Shown: positions 58,733-64,000 of the stretch, one piece after another
Position numbering within the stretch: the stretch's first letter is position 1
How the letters are laid out: each line of letters opens with the position of its first letter
From: Microcoleus sp.
GTDB lineage: Bacteria; Cyanobacteriota; Cyanobacteriia; Cyanobacteriales; Microcoleaceae
Assembly: GCA_052279835.1 (NCBI GenBank)
Contig: CP181291.1
Location: forward strand, 3,424,001-3,488,000
Direction: 5' to 3'
Length of the DNA: 64,000 nt
Notes under the pieces: model-generated
The model's input: only the letters and a program-made list of their open reading frames with translations
Told to the model about the DNA's origin: nothing
Databases searched by the model: none
Translations under genes and position numbers: made by a program

Positions 58733-59725
58733 CTAACCAATCAAGAAAGTACCGTTACCGTTAGATCTTTGGAAAATCAAACTCAAGTTGTTTGCACGTC
58801 CTTCAATCTCGCCGATCACATCTCCAAAACGCTGGATTGACAAATTGCCACCAACAGGAGTCAGGCTGTAGCCGTCGCTTAAAGAATTTCCTTGCAGTTG
58901 GATAAAATCGTTTGCGTCGAAGTTCCGAATCGTAGCTTGACCGTTACCCAAATACAGCGGTGTTGGGGTGACATTCCCGGCTGTAGCAGGAACTCCGAGG
59001 ACGAATGTATCAATTCCCGGGCCACCAGTCAGGATATCGAATTCATTGGTGCCAAAGCTTTCATACTGTCGGTTGCCGTTGCGATCGATACCTACTTCTA
59101 CTCCGACAAATTCCGCAGTCCCCGTACCCGCACCAGTGATGAAGTCGTTGCTGCGGCTGCCGACAAAAGTTGCAGATCTAGCAGGCTCATTTTTGCCAAA
59201 ATTGAAGTAGTGTTCCCGGCCGGTTCTCAAGTTTCCAGAGTTGACAAACGGCACGATGTCGGGATTCTTTTTTAAGTATTCCGGTTCCAAAAATGAAGTT
59301 CCAAAACGACCTTCTTTAGCCCCAAATTGAACGAAATGCTGATAGCCTGATTTGAAAGTTCCGTTCTGAATAAACGGTCGCAAGTCTGAGTTATTTGCTA
59401 AATAAAAATCTTCGTTGTACTCAGGCGATACTTGAGTGCGCCGGAATAAGCGGTTTCCTTCATCGTAACCTAACTGGATAAATTCATCGAGGCCGGTGGC
59501 AAAGGGTGCGTTTGGGTTGACTGTGCGAACCAAGGATACGATGTCTGGTTTGGTTGCAAGGTAAGTAGCTTCGTCAAAATACCGCGATATTTTGGTGAGA
59601 CCGGCGGCTTGACCGAATTTTTCAAAGTGTTCTCTTCCAGATTTGATGATTCCTGCATCAATGGCTGGTTTCAGCCACGGGTATTGGGAAAGGTAGTATT
59701 TTTCGTCAAAGATATCGTAATTCAT
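58733..59725 (-). CDS. Putative secreted Ca-binding/RTX-like surface protein, paralogue 2
   Basis: Same four HF..FG..EGR-type repeats; FDILTGGPGIDTFVLG; ends NGNGTFLIG. Confidence 0.7.
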   Translation of the reverse strand: MNYDIFDEKYYLSQYPWLKPAIDAGIIKSGREHFEKFGQAAGLTKISRYFDEATYLATKPDIVSLVRTVNPNAPFATGLDEFIQLGYDEGNRLFRRTQVSPEYNEDFYLANNSDLRPFIQNGTFKSGYQHFVQFGAKEGRFGTSFLEPEYLKKNPDIVPFVNSGNLRTGREHYFNFGKNEPARSATFVGSRSNDFITGAGTGTAEFVGVEVGIDRNGNRQYESFGTNEFDILTGGPGIDTFVLGVPATAGNVTPTPLYLGNGQATIRNFDANDFIQLQGNSLSDGYSLTPVGGNLSIQRFGDVIGEIEGRANNLSLIFQRSNGNGTFLIG

Positions 59726-59825
59726 AGTTTCTTATTTAAGCAAGTAAAGTGCTAACGAAAAAAGTCATAAGTCATCAGGATTACTTAATAATGATGACCT
59801 ATGAGTAATGACTAATTACTGATGA

Positions 59826-60815
59826 CTATCCAATCAAAAAAGTACCGTTACCGTTAGATTCTAGGAAGGTTAAATTTAAATTTGCTCCTCCTTCAATCAC
59901 GCCGAGTACATCTCCAAAACGCTGGATTGACAAGTTGTTGCCAACGGGATTCAAGCCGTAGCCATCGCTTAAAGAATTTCCTTGCAGTTGGATAAAATCG
60001 TTATCTACGTTGAAGTTCCGAATAGTAGCTTGACCGTTACCCAAATAGAGTGGGGTCGGGGTGACATTGCCACTTGTAGCAGGAACTCCGAGTACAAAGG
60101 TATCAACTCCTGGGCTGCCAATCAAGACATCGAACTCATTGGTTCCAAAGCTTTCATACTGCCGATTGCCTTGGGGATTGATACCTACTTCCACTCCAAT
60201 CAGTTCGGTATTCCCCACACCAATACCTGTGATGATGTCGTTGGTGCGACTCCCAACAAAAGTAGCAGAGCGGCTTGGCTCATTTTTCCCAAAATTGAAG
60301 TAGTGTTCGCGACCTGTTTTTAAGGTTCCAGAGTTGACAAACGGCACTATATCGGGGTTTTTCTTTAAGTATTCTGATTCAAAAAATGAAGTCCCAAAAC
60401 GACCTTCTTTAGCCCCGAATTGAATGAAATGCTGGTATCCTGATTTGAACGGTCCATTAGGACCTACAAACGATCGCAATTCTGAATTATTTGCTAAATA
60501 AAAATCTTCGTTGTAGTCTGGCGATACTTGGGTGCGCCGCTGTCCTTCATCGTAACCAAACTGGATAAAATGATCTAAGCCTGTGGCAAAAGGTGCGTTT
60601 GGGTTGATGGTGCGGACGAAGGGTTGGAGGTCTGGATTCCCAGCTAGGTAAGTAGCTTCGTCAAAATACCGCGATATTTTGGTGAGGCCGGCGGCTTGAC
60701 CAAATTTTTCAAAGTGTTCTCTGCCAGATTTGATGATTCCTGCATCAATGGCTGGTTTCAGCCAAGGATAGGAGGCAAGGTAGTATTTTTCGTCAAAAAT
60801 TGCGTAGTTAGCCAT
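59826..60815 (-). CDS. Putative secreted Ca-binding/RTX-like surface protein, paralogue 1
   Basis: Highly similar to paralogue 2 over its full length. Confidence 0.7.
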   Translation of the reverse strand: MANYAIFDEKYYLASYPWLKPAIDAGIIKSGREHFEKFGQAAGLTKISRYFDEATYLAGNPDLQPFVRTINPNAPFATGLDHFIQFGYDEGQRRTQVSPDYNEDFYLANNSELRSFVGPNGPFKSGYQHFIQFGAKEGRFGTSFFESEYLKKNPDIVPFVNSGTLKTGREHYFNFGKNEPSRSATFVGSRTNDIITGIGVGNTELIGVEVGINPQGNRQYESFGTNEFDVLIGSPGVDTFVLGVPATSGNVTPTPLYLGNGQATIRNFNVDNDFIQLQGNSLSDGYGLNPVGNNLSIQRFGDVLGVIEGGANLNLTFLESNGNGTFLIG

Positions 60816-60903
60816 ATTGTTTTTACCAAGGTTTTGATGAGTTTGTTCGTGAATACTAATTAGATTTTCATCAACTCGATCGCTGCTCAGGAATTTACAT
60901 AAT

Positions 60904-60932
60904 CAAGAGGCTATTAACAGGTTTTAAGTTCC
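60904..60932 (-). promoter_or_regulatory. Second putative ECF promoter GGAACTT-N16-CTCTTG upstream of paralogue 1
   Basis: Shares CAGGAACTTAAAAC with the 58529-58557 site; weaker -10. Confidence 0.4.
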
Positions 60933-61178
60933 TGGTAAATTATAAATTTTTGTAACAAATAATTGTTCCTAAATATTGATGAGAAATTCATAATTTATAT
61001 ATTTTTATCTCTGCTAATTCCTCTATCGCAAGTTTTATTTTTGCTAAAAAATTTGTAAATTTTTTGCTCTGAGCTGGGTAGATTTGGGATTATTTCGCGA
61101 TCGAACTTGTAAATCATATAAATGTAAATATGTCAAGTAAATTTATGTAAACAAAATTTGGAGTGTTTGCTCAAGGAA

Positions 61179-61196
61179 TTTGTAAAAAAATGTAAC
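61179..61196 (-). promoter_or_regulatory. HLR1 (RpaB-binding) motif upstream of chlH
   Basis: Minus strand reads GTTACATT-TT-TTTACAAA, a perfect (G/T)TTACA(T/A)(T/A)-N2-(G/T)TTACA(T/A)(T/A) match, about 140 bp before the chlH ATG. Confidence 0.65.
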
Positions 61197-61335
61197 TAAA
61201 AATTGGCCTAAATTTGTCGAATTGTGTCATGTGCAGGCTCAAATCACCTAATGGCAAGCGTTTTCTGGTAAAAATGCTTATGGGATAGAAAAATTCCCGA
61301 TTCTGAAAAACAGCATCTTAAAGGAGCCTAACCGG

Positions 61336-64000
61336 ATGTTCACTCACGTCAAGCCCACCATTCGCCACGTTGTGCCGGAAAACTTGCAGGGGCGATCGCT
61401 CCTCAAGGTGGTCTATGTCGTACTGGAACCGCAGTATCAAAGCGCCCTGTCGGCAGCGGTTCGATCGATAAATAAGAAAAATCCGAATCTGGCGATCGAA
61501 ATTAGTGGCTACCTGATCGAAGAACTTCGCAGCCCGGAAAACTACGAAGCTTTCAAACGGGATGTGGCTGATGCCAACGTATTTATAGCTTCTCTAATTT
61601 TTATCGAAGATTTAGCCGAAAAAGTGGTAGCCGCGGTGGAACCGGTGCGCGACAACTTGGATGTCGCCGTGGTTTTCCCGTCGATGCCGGGGGTGATGCG
61701 GCTCAATAAAATGGGCAGTTTCTCCATGGCACAGTTGGGACAAAGCAAAAGTGCGATCGGCGAATTCATGAAAAAACGGAAGGAAAAATCCGGTAGTTTC
61801 CTTCCAAGACGGAATGCTGAAGCTGCTGCAAACCTTGCCGAAAGTCCTGAAATATTTGCCCCTTGACAAAGCCCAAGATGCCCGCAACTTCATGCTGAGT
61901 TTCCAGTATTGGCTGGGAGGTTCCCAAGAAAACTTGGAAAACTTCTTGCTGATGCTGTCACAGAAATATGTGTTCAAAGACTTGTCTAAGTCAACTTTCC
62001 AAGAACCTGTTGTTTACCTAGACATGGGGATTTGGCATCCTTTGGCACCGTCGATGTTTGAGGATGTTAAAGCATATCTGAACTGGTTTAATGCCCGCAC
62101 AGATATTTCTGCGGATCTTAAAGACCCCCTGGCACCTTGCATTGGTTTAGTGTTGCAACGCACTCACTTAGTGACAGGAGATGACGCGCACTATGTAGCC
62201 ATGGTGCAGGAATTGGAGGCCATGGGCGCGAGAGTTATCCCGATTTTTGCGGGTGGTTTGGACTTCTCGAAACCAGTCGAAACTTTCTTCTTGGAAGTTG
62301 GGGCTAAAGGTGTTGCACCTCTGCCGATTGTTGATGCGGTGGTTTCTTTGACTGGTTTTGCTTTGGTGGGTGGGCCGGCGAAACAAGATCACCCGAAGGC
62401 GATCGAATCTTTGAAGAAATTAAATCGCCCTTACATGGTGGCTTTGCCGCTGGTTTTCCAAACAACTGAAGAATGGGAAAATAGCGATTTAGGTTTGCAC
62501 CCAATTCAAGTTGCCCTGCAAGTGGCGATTCCTGAGTTGGATGGGGCGATCGAACCGATTATTGTGTCGGGACGCGATGGCGCTACTGGAAAGGCGATCG
62601 CCCTTCAAGATAGAATTGAGGCGATTTCCCAGCGCGCCATGAAATGGGCAGTCCTGCGCCGCAAACCGAAATTAGACAAGAAAGTTGCCATTACAGTTTT
62701 CAGTTTCCCTCCTGACAAAGGCAACGTCGGAACAGCAGCTTATTTAGACGTTTTCGGATCGATTTACGAAGTATTGAAAGGCTTAAAAGGCAACGGTTAT
62801 GACTTGCCAGAATTGCCAGATTCTGCCGAGAAACTGATGCAAGAAGTCATCCATGATGCCACAGCCCAATACCAAAGCCCGGAATTAAATGTTGCTTACC
62901 GGATGTCCGTAGCTGAGTATGAAGAATTCACTCCTTACTCGGAACGCTTGCAAGAAAATTGGGGACCACCTCCCGGACATTTGAACAGCGATGGACAAAA
63001 TTTGCTGATTTATGGCAAACATTTTGGTAACGTGTTTATCGGAGTGCAACCTACTTTTGGATACGAAGGCGATCCGATGCGGTTGTTATTCTCTCGTTCT
63101 GCTAGTCCCCACCACGGTTTTGCTGCTTATTACACTTATTTAGAGCGCATTTGGGGTGCGGATGCGGTGCTGCACTTTGGCACTCATGGTTCCCTGGAAT
63201 TCATGCCTGGTAAGCAGATGGGAATGTCTGTGGATTGTTATCCTGATAGTTTGATCGGTAAGATTCCTAACCTCTATTATTACGCTGCTAATAATCCCAG
63301 CGAGGCAACAATTGCTAAGCGTCGCAGTTATGCTGAAACTATCAGCTATCTGACTCCTCCGGCTGAAAATGCTGGGTTGTATAAAGGTTTGCAGGAACTC
63401 AGCGAGTTGATTGCTTCTTATCAAACTTTGAAAGATACTGGGCGCGGTGTAGCGATTGTAGATGCGATCGTCGAGAAGTGCCGTTTGGTGAATTTGGATA
63501 AGGATATCGCCCTACCTCCCGAACAAGAACGAGGGGTTGCTGCGGATATGACTGCGGAGGAACGGGATAATTTAGTTGGTTTGGTTTACCGCAAGTTGAT
63601 GGAGATTGAATCGCGGTTGTTACCTTGCGGTTTGCACGTTATTGGTAAGCCACCTACTGCGGAAGAGGCGATCGCAACTCTGGTTAACATTGCCAATTTA
63701 GACCGGGAAGAAGATGGATTAGTCAGTTTGTCGCGGATTATTGCTCAAAGTTGCGATCGGAATATTGACGATATCTACACGAACAATGACAAAGGCATTT
63801 TAGCAGATGTCGAATTGCTGCAAAACATCACCTTAGCCTGTCGCGATGCCGTCACCGCTTTAGTGAAGGAACAAACTGATGCTGAGGGTCGAGTTTCCTT
63901 GGTTTCCAAGTTGAATTTCTTCAACATGGGCAAGAAAACACCTTGGATTGAATCGTTACACGCAGCCGGTTACAAAAAAGTCGATTCAGACCTGATTAAA
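61336..64000 (+). CDS. chlH: Magnesium chelatase subunit H (runs off the window), with a +1 frameshift at about 61797-61799
   Basis: [11 protein letters not shown]..., [12 protein letters not shown]. After removing one [19 protein letters not shown], followed by [31 protein letters not shown] and [17 protein letters not shown]. Confidence 0.96.

Noticed and set aside
61780..61810. Programmed ribosomal frameshifting in chlH (and proB)
   Set aside because: There is no canonical slippery heptamer at the break points, and four similar +1 homopolymer events point to sequencing error.

Overview
This window is chromosomal DNA from a filamentous cyanobacterium, probably Oscillatoriales (Microcoleus/Tychonema-like). 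That call is inferred from abundant HIP1 GCGATCGC sites, heptamer tandem repeats, chlG/chlH and xisH/xisI. About 1-37 kb and 53.5-64 kb are mostly housekeeping genes: sbcC end, CHASE adenylate cyclase, yebC, wza-like, ndk, the proB-yqeG-mltG-DUF3727-ruvX cluster, pcrA, glycerate kinase, chlG, PBP1A, rsmB, glyQ and chlH. These regions carry many small dispersed repeats, some inserted in-frame into rsmB and an FGGY kinase. Between rsmB and glyQ (about 37.1-53.4 kb) is an accessory, defence-like block: two Uma2 nucleases, NADAR, an Rpn/DUF2887 nuclease, a RelE/XRE toxin-antitoxin pair, an HTH-NACHT protein and XisH/XisI. The most notable element is a co-oriented pair of STAND-like ATPases. The larger one carries 14 near-identical 102-bp TPR units that vary mainly at ligand-groove positions, making it a candidate paired NLR-like sensor/helper system. 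Other observations: putative intragenic antitoxin starts in two Rpn-like genes; an IS5-family element with a 6-bp target duplication; three tandem RTX-like paralogues plus a collapsed fourth copy and sigmaE-type promoters; a perfect HLR1 box upstream of chlH; and four +1 homopolymer frameshifts that are probably sequencing errors. No rRNA, tRNA, CRISPR array or prophage was recognised. All family assignments come from motif recognition, not database searches.
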